A stretch of 64,000 bases of DNA from Octopus vulgaris (Eukaryota): assembly GCA_951406725.2 (NCBI GenBank), contig OX597814.1:170314001-170378000 (forward strand). Reading direction: 5' to 3'. A program made the translations under genes and the position numbers. Of the stretch, positions 25,205-36,590 are shown one piece after another (the first letter of the stretch is position 1; each line of letters starts with the position of its first letter). A model generated the notes under the pieces. It was not told the DNA's origin and made no database searches. It saw only the letters and a list, made by a program, of their open reading frames with translations.

Positions 25205-25560
25205 ACAATCTTCAACGACCTGTCATGTTCAATATGCATTAGGTATTCATGCTAGTGCAGTTGTCGTGCTTGCATACTACAGCTTATTCCTCTTACACCC
25301 ACTTTCTCTCTCAGCTCATCTATGCCTTGTCATTGATCCACAGTAATATTACACATTCAGCAGATTATGCTCATCTCATTTCTTTTCAATTTTTGCACAT
25401 CCTCTGCATTTAGTGTCCCTGTCTGACTACCATGCAGCATCACAGCTTGTACTCATGCAAAATATAGTCTACTCTTTGCTCTTTTGGAGAATCCTTTTGT
25501 TATCAGCATAAGTAGTCACTCCCTGTGCTTCTCACCCTATTTTCATTCTGTAGTCCACCC
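25205..25560 (-). mobile_element. Decayed RTE-LINE ORF fragment
   Basis: Minus translation KSRLYFA*VQAVMLHGSQTGTLNAEDVQKLKRNEMSII...LREKVGVRGISCSMQARQL, typical RTE post-RT region. Confidence 0.7.
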
Positions 25561-25897
25561 TACCCTGCAGCTACTTATATCTCCTAGGTAACAGAACCTA
25601 TCAATAACTACTATAGAGCCCTTTGAGCATTGCAAAAAGTTTACTTTAATGGTCATCTGAAGGCATATTGTTCCTTTCTTGTTACATTTGGAAAATTCTC
25701 TATTCACTATCAACTGACCTTTGATTCCACTACACCTGTTGTGCAGCCATTGATCACACGGAGTGCACTGTATGGAATTTTTATCTACTCTTTTCTACTT
25801 GTCAAGCATGGCAATTTCCCTGATGAAAGCAGTCATGTCTACTTTCCAACTAAAACTTTAGTTCTTCAGTAATTTTACCTCAAGGCTTTCTTCTTCT

Positions 25898-26306
25898 TCA
25901 TCATCATCATCATCATCCAGTGTTTTAAATCCTGGCTTTGTCCCCGTTAATGGGGGTGGCTAGATCTACCTCAGTGCCATAGCAACCGTTCTCCCTTCCT
26001 TCTGAAGCTAACCTGCCCAATCTATTCCTCCACCTGTCCCCTCCATGTCTTCCTTGGTCTATCTCGCTTTACCACAAACTCAAGCACCCTCCTCAGAACA
26101 TGTTCCTCATCCCTCCTCAACACATGCCCATATCACTGCACTCCATTCACCCTTGCCAGCTTTTCCCCCCTGATTCCTCCAACCCTAGCATCCTCCTCAG
26201 TCCTTCTCAAAATTTCCATCTCTCTCTCCCTCAGACACCATGTCTCACCTCCATATAGCATTGGAACTCTCATACAACTCCTGTAGACCCTTCCTTTCAT
26301 TTTCAA
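25898..26306 (-). mobile_element. RTE-LINE C-terminus plus 3' end with (GAT)n tail
   Basis: MKGRVYRSCMRVPMLYGGETWCL...YGHVLRRDEEHVLRRVLEF...RPRKTW; homologous to 12815-13130. Confidence 0.82.
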
Positions 26307-26397
26307 ATCAAATATATATATTTATTTGTACTAGCTCCTGTGGAGGACTCTTCATTAGGCCTTGGGCCCAACAGTGATACTTCATGCATTGAGTCCA

Positions 26398-26727
26398 TAC
26401 TCTTTTACTTGTTTCAGTCATTTGACTGTGGCCATGTTGGAACACTGCATTTAGTTGAGCAAATCGACTCTTTTGCCGATCCTCTAAGTTACGGGGGCAT
26501 AAACACATGAGTATTGGTTGTCATGCAATGTTGTGGGGTGGACAAACAGACACAAAAACATACACACACATATATATGACAGACTTCTTTCAGTTTCCGT
26601 ATGCCAAATCCACTGACAAGGCTTTCGTCAGCCTGAGGCTATAGTAGAAGACACTTGCCCAAGATATCACACAGTGAGACTGAACTCGGAACAATGTGGT
26701 TGGTACCATACAGCCACACCTGTGCCT
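26398..26727 (-). mobile_element. SINE A1 with internal deletion
   Basis: Tail tactcttttacttgtttcagtcatttgactg and head match 11378 copy. Confidence 0.85.
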
Positions 26728-26891
26728 ATATTAAATTTTATTAAACTTGACCAATATTTTTCAAGCAATGAACAGTTTTCATCAAAACAATGATATAATT
26801 TGTCAACTTGGAACTTAATGCAAAGCTGCATGATAAACAACATTTTTTTGTCTTTCCATTCAGGGGTCAGTACAATATTTTTTTCTGTCTA

Positions 26892-26893
<2 letters not shown>

Positions 26894-26968
<75 letters not shown>
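26894..26968. repeat. (CT)n microsatellite (others at about 23780-23806 and 23913-23957)
   Basis: Directly visible. Confidence 0.95.
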
Positions 26969-26971
<3 letters not shown>

Positions 26972-27388
26972 CATCATCAATGCCATCACCATCACAACTG
27001 CCTTACACACACACCATTCAGACTTCTGACACCGCCACCATCAATAGCTTTGAATTTGATGCCCTCTCCTCCACCACCATCACCACTGTCTTTCACATCA
27101 CTTACTATCACTGTCATCCCTGACTGACCACCAGCACCATCATCACCATCGCCTCTGCTTCTATCACAATTACAGCTCTTACTATTACTGTCAGCCCATT
27201 ACCATCACAACAGGCAGTCTACTAGTCTTTATGCCTACTATTACTCTCACCCATAACAAAGAATAGTGGAAGTGTCATTGAATAGTGTGAGAGGGGGGCA
27301 AAGTGTGACACTGACACTCAGAAATTCATTTTGGCATTTATTATTATACATGTATAATATATATTTATATGTATAATGCGTGCATGTA

Positions 27389-28760
27389 TACTCTTTTACT
27401 CTTTTACTTGTTTCAGCCATCCGGCTGAGGCCATGCTGGGGCACCGCCCTTGTTGCTACCCTCTCTAAGTCCAGTTTGCCGTTGCTGGCCACTGATCTAA
27501 GAGAGAGTTTGTAGCTGCTGCCCTTAGGTTACCTTCGTACCTTGCAGTGGGTTCATCTGGGATCCCGGAAAGCAGCTTGTCTAGATGTTTTTTGAAAATG
27601 TCCACATCCGCATCATGTAGATCTCTTAGTTTTCTTGGCAGTTTGTTGAACAGCTGAGGGCCTCTGAACCCCAGGCTATTACAGTATCTGCTCCTTACCC
27701 TGGATGTGGAAGACGGGACCTTTGGCACCACACAGTGACGTCCTGTACGGGGATTGGAACAGCTCTCAATTCCAAAATTTGGTGCTAGTCCCTCCAGGAT
27801 TTTCCATATGTATATCACTGCATATCTCTCTCGTCTTCGTTCCATCATCATCATCATCATCATCGTCGTTTAACGTCCGTTCTCCATGCTAACATGGGTT
27901 GGACGGTTCGACCGGGGATCTGGGAAGCCAGAAGGCTGCACCAGGCTCCAGTCTTATCTGGCAGTGTTTCTACAGCTGGATGCCCTTCCTAACGCCAACC
28001 ACTCCGTGAGTGTAGTGGGTGCTTTTTGGAGTACAAATTGAGTTCCCTAAGCCTCTCCCAATAGTTCTTTTCTTTCATGGTGGAAATCCTCTTGGTGAAA
28101 TGTCTTTGGATTGTCTCAAGCTCTGTGGTTAGTTTGACACTATGTGGTGACCACAGTTGGGAGCAGTAGTCCAGGCGGCTTAGGACAAATGTCCTCCATA
28201 GTGTCAACATGGTCTCGCAGTCTCTTGTCCGGAATGTCCTCAGGATCCAGCCAGTGAGTCGTCTGCACATTGTCGCCACCTTCGCGATGTGTGAAGAAAA
28301 ACATCCATCGTCACTCATGTCTATCCCCAGGTCCCGTATTGATTTCGATACTGGGTTTTCGATCCCTCCTGGACCAGTATAGTTGTGTTGTAATGTATAT
28401 GTGTTTACAGCTTGATATTGTAAGGCTTGAAATTTACCAGCATTAAATTGCATGTTGTTGTCTTCAGCCCATTTGTATATGGCATCCAGATCTTGTTGTA
28501 AAAGGTCAGCATCAGCTGGGTTTTTGATTGCCTGTGCTACCTTTGTGTCATCAGCATAGCTAGTGAGGGATGTTGTTTGTGCTACCAATGTCAGAGAGCG
28601 CCACCAAAAACAGCAAGGGTCCCAAGACTGTGCCCTGTGGCACCCCACTTGCTATTGGTGTCTTTCCCGAGAGGGCTCCATTGGCTGCAACCATCTGGCT
28701 TCTGTCCTTCAGGAAGTCATGTATCCACTCACCTACTTTTCCTGTTATGCCGAGTCTGAG
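27389..28760 (-). mobile_element. 5'-truncated CR1-group LINE: RT domain end, C-terminus and 3' UTR, one frameshift, interrupted by a 182-bp insert
   Basis: SGVPQGTVLGPLLF, YADDTK, LQQDLD..YKW...NMQFN..K, RDLGI, SRLDYCSQLWSP, LNLYS-MERRRER; stop at 27465-27467; 8-bp tail repeat GAGTAAAA. Confidence 0.92.
27845..28026 (-). mobile_element. Young RTE 3' end (family B) inserted into the CR1 ORF
   Basis: Near-identical to 45199 copy; removing it rejoins tcgttcca+tggagta in frame. Confidence 0.9.
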
Positions 28761-28802
<42 letters not shown>

Positions 28803-28974
28803 GTTATCGCCATACTAATATGGCATTCTTATAAAAATAAGAAAAAAGCTGTCCGCTTATTAGCTCCATGAGGCCATCGCCTTAAGTTAGCTATTTGATA
28901 CACAAACTGTATCCATATAACCTTCGAACAAGGGAGGTCAGTCGCTCCACACTTAGTTATTTTAATATTTCTAT

Positions 28975-29122
28975 TATATATATATATATGTATATATATG
29001 TATATATGTATTTATATGTATTTATATATATATATATGTGTATATATGTATGTATGTATATGTATGTATATATATGTGTATATATATATGTATGTATATA
29101 TATAAATGTGTGTATATGTATG

Positions 29123-29165
<43 letters not shown>

Positions 29166-29300
29166 ATATATATGTATGTATATGTGTATATATATGTATG
29201 TATATGTATATATATATATGTGTATATATATATATGTATATATATATATGTGTATATATATAAAATATACATATTTATATGTATTTATATTTATAATATG
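28975..29300. repeat. (TA)/(TATG) microsatellite (also 28762-28799, 29515-29590)
   Basis: Directly visible. Confidence 0.95.
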
Positions 29301-29428
29301 TACAAGTGAGTGGACAAATGAAAGAAAAGGGTACTCAACACATTTAGTAGGAGTTACATATATTATTTAAAACAGCTTGATTCAGTTCTGTGCTACTTCA
29401 AGTTTCACAGGACCCTGGCAGGGGATCA

Positions 29429-29492
29429 TTCCAGACGCCTGAAGAAGTCAGGTTCCCATTACGGGGCCTGTGAAACTTGAAGTAGCTTGGAA
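29429..29492 (+). ncRNA. Type I hammerhead ribozyme motif
   Basis: Stem I TTCCAG-ac-GC / GC-TTGGAA; CTGAAGA 29439-29445; stem II CAGGTTCC/GGGGCCTG; GAAAC 29472-29476; ACTTGAAGT stem III; GTA triplet 29482-29484. Confidence 0.7.
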
Positions 29493-29552
29493 CCAAATCG
29501 AACTGTTTTTAATAATATATGTATAGTATATACATATATATTTTATGTATAG

Positions 29553-29586
<34 letters not shown>

Positions 29587-29640
29587 TATATCATCATCAT
29601 CATCATCACGTTAAACGATGATGATGATGATGATGATATA

Positions 29641-29804
29641 TATATTGCAAATAAGAAAATGGAGGAGAACAATAGTTAGTTCATCAACTTTAGGACATTA
29701 AAAATGTTAACTTATTTATTAAACTGAAATAAATAAGTTAACATTTTTAATGTCCTAAAGGTGATGAACCAACTATTGTTCTCTATTTTCTTATTTGCAA
29801 TATA
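29641..29804. repeat. Near-perfect 164-bp palindrome (arms 29641-29720 / 29728-29804)
   Basis: Arms complementary apart from one small indel and about 3 substitutions; 7-nt loop aaactga. Confidence 0.92.
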
Positions 29805-30080
29805 AATTAATGGTAAAATATCTCTTCACCATTACCCATTTAATACACTAGGTAATGTTATTGCATTGCAACAAAAACACTTGTATTAATAATTGGGTAT
29901 TCTACCAACAGTATATTGGATAGATATTATCCCTTAGTGGGTTGGATTCACAACCCCTAACTTTCTTGGAGTTTATATATATAATGGGAAAGTTTACGAA
30001 AATAAACAAAAGACGAAGGCAGGTGGAGTACAAACAAATAAATGTATTAGTATAGCACTCAGGAATAGAAATAGAAAAAG

Positions 30081-30118
30081 TCTTTTACGTTTCGAGCTTA
30101 CGCTCTTCGACAGAAAGA
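30081..30118 (-). ncRNA. Minimal hammerhead-like motif (variant core)
   Basis: Minus: TCTTT-CTGTCGA-A-GAG-cgtaag-CTC-GAAAC-GTA-AAAGA; core has U at conserved A6. Confidence 0.45.
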
Positions 30119-30956
30119 TACACAGAAAAAAACAAGGAGAGAAAAATATATATATAGGTGTGTATTTACATAATTGTGTGTTAGTAAACCAGTTTGAAGG
30201 TGTCAAGTTGGTCAGATGATTAGTCGCAGTGTGTGTGTGTGTGTATATATACATATATATATATTTAGCAACTTTTTATTATATGTACATGAATCTGTTA
30301 TGTACAATTAATCCTCTACCGCAAGGTGTGGTTATACAGCACAAAGAAAACCCAGAATATAAATATTTCTGTCAGAAGAAACAAAAGCATTGTTCCTCCA
30401 GGAGCAATGTTAACTCAGCCATTTCATTCAACTAAGTTTTTATTGTTTGCGTCATCATAACAAGAAATGGAAGCATAATATAATGCTTCTATTTGTTCCT
30501 TTTTTCCTTTTTCTGTAAATAGAAATCTTATTCCACAATCTGCTATGACATAAAACGGTTACTGGAATAACTTACCTTGCTTCTTTACTAGACTTGCAGT
30601 CTTTGTTGGATCTTCATGCAGACCAAACAAAGACTACAAGTATAGCTTAGATTCTATCTTTACTGTTCAAATTATTTTCTAACTTTATTCATCTCTCTCA
30701 CTCTCTCTTTCTCGAAGTTTCATTCTATATTGTCAACCATAACTAAAGAACTTTAAAGATTTAGTGATTGGTTGTTTCTTATATGTATTGTAGAATCCAC
30801 CAAGATAATAAGTAATGCAAGACAACAAATAACAAAAATGATAATCTTTTATACTAAAGCCACAAGGCCTGAAATTTTGGGGGAGAAAACTAGTCAATTA
30901 CACTGATCTGGCAGTATTTCTACAGCTGGATGCCCTTCCTAATGCCAACCACTCTG

Positions 30957-30989
<33 letters not shown>

Positions 30990-31156
30990 GCACAATGGGA
31001 TTCCTTCAGTTTCCGTCTCCCAAATCCACTTAAAAGGCTTTGGTTGGCCCGAGGTTATAGTAGAAGACACTTGCCCAAGGTGCCATGCAATGGGACTGAA
31101 CCCTGAACCATGTGGTTGGGAATCAAGCTTCTTACCATATAGCTACGCCTGCACCT
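30990..31156 (-). mobile_element. SINE group A 5' half; SINE C remnant follows at about 31175-31313
   Basis: ttcagtttccgtc...gaagacacttgcccaagg...gcctgcacct. Confidence 0.8.
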
Positions 31157-31673
31157 AGTTCTACACACTGAATCCAAATTCCACAAAGGTTGACTTAGCT
31201 TTTCATCCTTTCAGGGTTGACAAAATAAGTACCAGTTGAACACCGAGGTCATTGTAATCAACTAATAATACTCTTTCCCTTCCCCTCAATTTTCTTGGCC
31301 TTGTGCCAAAATTTGTGGTAGCATAGTAGTAGCAGTAGTGGTATCGGTGTGAACAAGTGAGTGGTATAATTTGGTTGCAAAAACTCTATTGATGTTCATA
31401 CACCAGTTTTTTTTACTATTCCACCACCACCCCCTTAAATTAAATAATAACTTCCATTAAAAATATATTTTTTAAAAGTTGTTTTAAACATTTTCATACT
31501 GATTATTTTCTTCTGTAAATTTTGTTCCTGATGTTTTAGTTTTATTTTGTATTTTTGTTAATTTATTTTTTTATTCTTTCCGTTGTAATAACTAATTAAT
31601 AAAGCTATTAAATGGGGGGAAAATAAGTAAACAAAGATAAAACAGCAATATACATATATGCATGCGTATATAC

Positions 31674-31723
<50 letters not shown>

Positions 31724-32151
31724 CACGCACATACATATGTATGTATATATGTTCATATATATATAAAAATATATATAATGTTATTGTATAATTTAGCTGT
31801 CTAGGTTATATTGATGTAAAATTTTATTTCTGTTTATGTCTTCTGTATCGACATTGATACAGTTGTATTGAATTGTCTGTAAAAATTTTGTTATATTTCC
31901 TATCAGTACCCTAGTATGACCAGAAACAAGGATTTAAATCAATTTAAATACACCTGATGTCACCGCATGCAGTCTTAATAATGTAGTAACTTTTTTGTCT
32001 CTACGCCCCCTTTAATTAATGATAATGATTTATTTTTAATATTATTTACAGAGATGAAAGATTCTTTTTTCTTTATCGTCAAGTGTCTTATTACTACATT
32101 GAGCACTAGTAGTCTAGTGAATTAAAATTTTATTATTATTGATGTAGCAAA

Positions 32152-32410
32152 AGCTTTGTGAGTAGATTTAGTAGAACAGAAACTGAAGGAAGCCCTTCAT
32201 GTGTGTGTGTGTATGTTTGTATATATGTGTGTGTCTGTTTATCCCTCACTACCATTTGATGACTGGTGTTTGTTTGTTTATGGCCTGCATGACTTAGCAG
32301 CTTGGTAAAAGAGTCTGATAAAATATGTACTGGGGTGAATTTGTTGAGCAAAAAAAAAAATTTAATTTTAGGCAGTACTCCAACATGACTGCATTCCACT
32401 GACTGAAGCA
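32152..32410 (+). mobile_element. SINE A1 3' part (diverged)
   Basis: tttgtgagtagatttagtagaacagaaactgaaggaagcc...gactgaagcaa. Confidence 0.65.
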
Positions 32411-34547
32411 ATATTAGCTAAGAAATGAAGATCCTTCGTGTTAATCCAATATATTACTATGTACATATCTAGGAATAAGATACATAGATTCTTATTAGAG
32501 TTTCATTGGCGATAGTGATTTGTGGTAGCTGTTTCCATTTGCAGTCATGAGATAGTGTTGTTTGTAGCTACAGTGCTTGCCATTGAATATCAGTAGTTGC
32601 ATTGATAATACCAAGCAAAAATGACTGCCTAATATTGGAGCACACATACTTGAATTTTGAAGAAAGTCTCATGGTCTTACCATGAGATTCTTGCAGATGC
32701 AGAGATCAATACCACCATTATCCACTGGATCCCAGAGCCGATGCATACTAGGTTTTTAGGCAAGTAAATTGAAGAATTATAGCAGCAGATTCTTTATGTT
32801 TAACCTTATGTAAGAACATTTGGAAGGAAATTTGCTTGGTAGATTTGATGAATTTGCATATACTATAGAGTGTTACCTTTTTTTAAGCCAGTGCGAGTTT
32901 AACTCTAGCAGTCCGGCTGTGGTGACCCAGTCTGAACTTGATCAGCTACTGTTTACAGTACCAGGGATTCACTGGCTGTAGGTAAATGCCCAAACAAGTA
33001 CAAATAATACCTCTTAACAATGTCTGGGAGCCCATTGTGTGTCCGTTCATCCGTGTCCCAACCCACTTGATGACTGGTTCATATTTCATTGTTGTGGCAT
33101 AAGAGATATAAAGACATGAGTAAGGAGGATGTAAAGTTTGGGAGAAGAAGGATTCTGATGAAATGTTCTTTAGAGTGATTTACTGAGGCTGAGATGCGGA
33201 ATACTTGCATTGAATGAGCTTAGCTGTGGATTGCTGCTATACATGTATAGTTGAACAAACAATTGGTGTTGTTTGACTTTGAGATAATCCTCTTTGAGCA
33301 GATCTGTGATCAATGCTGTTCATATTGTGACTGTCCTGTCTCTTTCATTATTTTAGTTGTAATCTGAGTGTGCTACACTATTCAATGTCTTTTGTTAAGT
33401 GATTTGAAGGAAATTGAGTTATTATTTCAAGCAAGTCATGTGACCATGAATTTTCATGTAGAGGCTTCCCTATTAGTTTGAGTAACCATGTAAGGTTTTA
33501 ACAGAGAAACAGATAGTTTATCTGTGGTTAATTTAGACAGTGAATATAGACTTTCCTATTAGACGTAGTGTACAAAATATATAAATGTGTGTGTAGTAGG
33601 GATTATATGTTGCTTACAAAATATACCAATTATAAGGATAGAATAATGTTTCTGTGGTTAAATATTATTTGTAGGAGAGGCTATGAAAGTCAGTGATAGA
33701 CTGAGATGAAATATAAGAAAGCTTAATTTGTTATAGGCTTTTCTGTTGTAATATCATAATGTTAGTTATAACTAGATAGATAGATACTGGATGGACTGAC
33801 AGTTTCTTTCTCTCACTCTCTCTTCCTTCCTTTCTTTATCTTTCTTTCTTAATGGCATGAGGCCTTGTTGCTAGATGCATTTCTTCAGTTCAGTTCATTA
33901 GGGGGGTACTTTTCATGACAGTTGTATAGCAGCACCATTCTAGTTGTGTGAAGAACTGAAGCTAGAGCATGATGGGTTTTTCTTTTCTCTTTGAAACGAC
34001 TAGAGTTAATATATTTTTATGGGCCAAACAAAAAAAGGCAGATACTGCCATTTTTGATAATAACTTTGCCATATAAAGAGAGAGAGAAGAACATGGAATT
34101 TTGTAAGTGTGCCTAGTGCAGAGCTGTTAGTATTTGCCATGTCATTTTTTGAGTTACTATAAATAATGTGATAAGGACATTTTTGTGTATCATGTCTGAT
34201 TAACTGACATGTATGTCTTTATGAGTCTGTACTTGTTTCTGAAGTCATACAAGTGTGCAAGCTTATGATTGGAAAACAATGCTGCAAGTAAGTAAATGTA
34301 TTTGTATGGATTGACTGATTGTTACATATTTTACCAATCATGAGCATTGTGGTATGAGTTCATATTTTTATATCCGTGTTTGTATTGATGTGTGTCTTTA
34401 TATATGTATTTATGACCTATATTGATATATATGTTTACGTATACCTCTATGTGTATATATATGTATATACAGATGTGTGTGTGTGTGTGTATATATATTA
34501 TATACTTTTCTATGCATATGTATATACACGTTTGCATGTGTGTATGT

Positions 34548-34885
34548 AGGTGTAATTGTATGGTTAAGAACTTTGGTTCCCAATCACTTGGTTTTGGATT
34601 CAGTCCCCAATGCAGAGCACCTAGGGCAAGTGCCTTCCATATAAATCCATGCTCATCAAAGCCTTGTGAGTGGAATTTGTCGACAAAAACTGAAGACGCC
34701 CATTGTACGTTTGTGTGTCTCCTAATCTTGACAAAACGTTATATTTACTTCTGTATAAACATATCTGGCTTTGAAGAAATTACTTTACTTGAAAACAGGA
34801 AGGGTGACCAGCTATAAATGAATATGCTTCAGTAAACTTTGTCTAACCCATGCAAGCCTGAAAAAGTGGATGTTAAATGACAAGG
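34548..34885 (+). mobile_element. SINE A2 (diverged)
   Basis: Group A head; ends aacccatgcaagcctgaaaaagtggatgttaaatg. Confidence 0.7.
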
Positions 34886-34925
<40 letters not shown>

Positions 34926-35095
34926 CACACACACACACACACAAAGTAGGAGGGGTTAGTTCATAGGTGATCTAAACGATTAGGTATGCTAGGTAAGTGC
35001 TGTAACGGATTACTGGAGCTCCAAGGTTGTAGCCGAGGTCATCTTATTGATATATACCATTCTTATTTTTCCGTTTTTTTTTTTTTTTCTTTTTT

Positions 35096-35151
35096 GTCTC
35101 TGATGATGGAATATTCCATACTCGAAGATATTCCAGAAACAGCTGTAAGAT
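35096..35151 (+). ncRNA. Type I hammerhead ribozyme motif with canonical core
   Basis: GTCT-CTGATGA(35100-35106)-TGGAATAT...ATATTCCA-GAAAC(35136-35140)-AGCT-GTA-AGAT; stem III is the palindrome ACAGCTGT. Confidence 0.75.
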
Positions 35152-35270
35152 TTTGAATTTCTTCTTGTAATATTGCATATGACTTGAGATCTTTGCCTTG
35201 CCTTAATGTTTGACATCCTGTTTAACAATTATACATATGTGTGTATATATATATGTATATATGTATATAT

Positions 35271-35966
35271 ATGGAAAGGATAATCAATCGACAAACATCG
35301 GCCTGTAGACATTCATTTATATCTATTAATTGATTACAATCATATGTATAATTGATCCAAATATACGAATGAAATAAGCAAATAAACAAGTAAATAAATA
35401 GATAAATAGATAAAAATAAACGAATAAGCATAAATGAGTAAACAAATGCTAAACCCTTATAGCTATTTCTACCATGGGGTTGCCCAATCTTCCAAGTTTT
35501 CCACATCACGCCACAATGTCTTACCCTCGTTATTTCCCCCAGTAAAATTATAATACATTGTATCTCTCAAGACCTGTGGAAATTACTCCTGGGAGTGACT
35601 TTCTTTACCATAAAATGTAATCCCATGGATTAATGGATATCACCTTGGAATTGACGTTTTTGACCGTTCCTTACTATTTCTATTATTTTATTATTTTACG
35701 TTCCTCACATGTTAGATTCCTAACATTATGGTCCAACCCTCTTTTTTTTCTCTTTTACTCTCCTTTACTTGTTTCAGTCATTTGACTGCAGCCATGCTGG
35801 AGCACCGCCTTTAGTCAAGCAAATCGACCCCGGGACTTATTCTTTGTAAGCCCAGTACTTATTCTATTGGTCTCTTTTGCCGAACCGCTAAGTGAAGGGG
35901 ACGTAAACACACCAGCATCGGTTGTCAAACAATGCTAGAGGGACAAACACAGACACACAAACATAT

Positions 35967-35998
<32 letters not shown>

Positions 35999-36590
35999 GA
36001 CAGGCTTCTTTCAGTTTCCGTCTACCAAATCCACTCACAAGGCTTTGGTCGGCCCGAGGCTATAGCAGAAGACACTTGCCCAAGATGCCACGCAGTGGGA
36101 CTGAACCCGGGACCATGTGGTTGGTTAGCAAGCTACTTACCACACAGCCACCCCTGTCCAATGTTTGTTCAACTTTGTAAAATCCCTGTATGATATGGAA
36201 AACTTGGCAGATTGGGCAACCCCATAGTAGAAACAGCCGTAAGCGTTTAGTATTTGTTCACTAATTTATTCTTATTTGTTTATTTATCTATTTATTTACT
36301 TGTTTATTTGCTTATTTCATTGGTTTATTTGGATCATTTATACATATGAGTGTACATATAATTGAATGTTAACTGGCTGATGTTTGTCGATTGTTTGTTC
36401 TCTCCATTTTCTTATTTGCCTTATAAATTCTGGGTAAATTTCTGTTTTACCCCTACCCGTACCTAGTATTCAATTGCGATATTGCCCTGCAATAGTAAGC
36501 ACTTGGATATGAATATGTAGATATACATCCAGTAGTATATTGGATATTTAATATCCCTTAGATGGTTTATTAACCTCTAACTGATACAGA
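35271..36590. mobile_element. Fold-back element: diverged 220-240 bp inverted arms (35271-35508 / 36191-36407), SINE inserted in spacer; Penelope-like by inference
   Basis: tggggttgcccaatcttccaagttttcca vs tggaaaacttggcagattgggcaacccca etc.; 36393-36583 homologous to 29775-29963. Confidence 0.6.
35745..36155 (-). mobile_element. SINE A1, full length
   Basis: Near-identical to 43324 and 11378 copies. Confidence 0.92.

Noticed and set aside
27465-28648. Functional reverse transcriptase gene
   Set aside because: 5'-truncated, frameshifted before YADD and split by an insertion.
28860-28960. HDV-like ribozyme on minus strand (gacctccc...gctaac)
   Set aside because: Could not build P1 and P2 in the required order.
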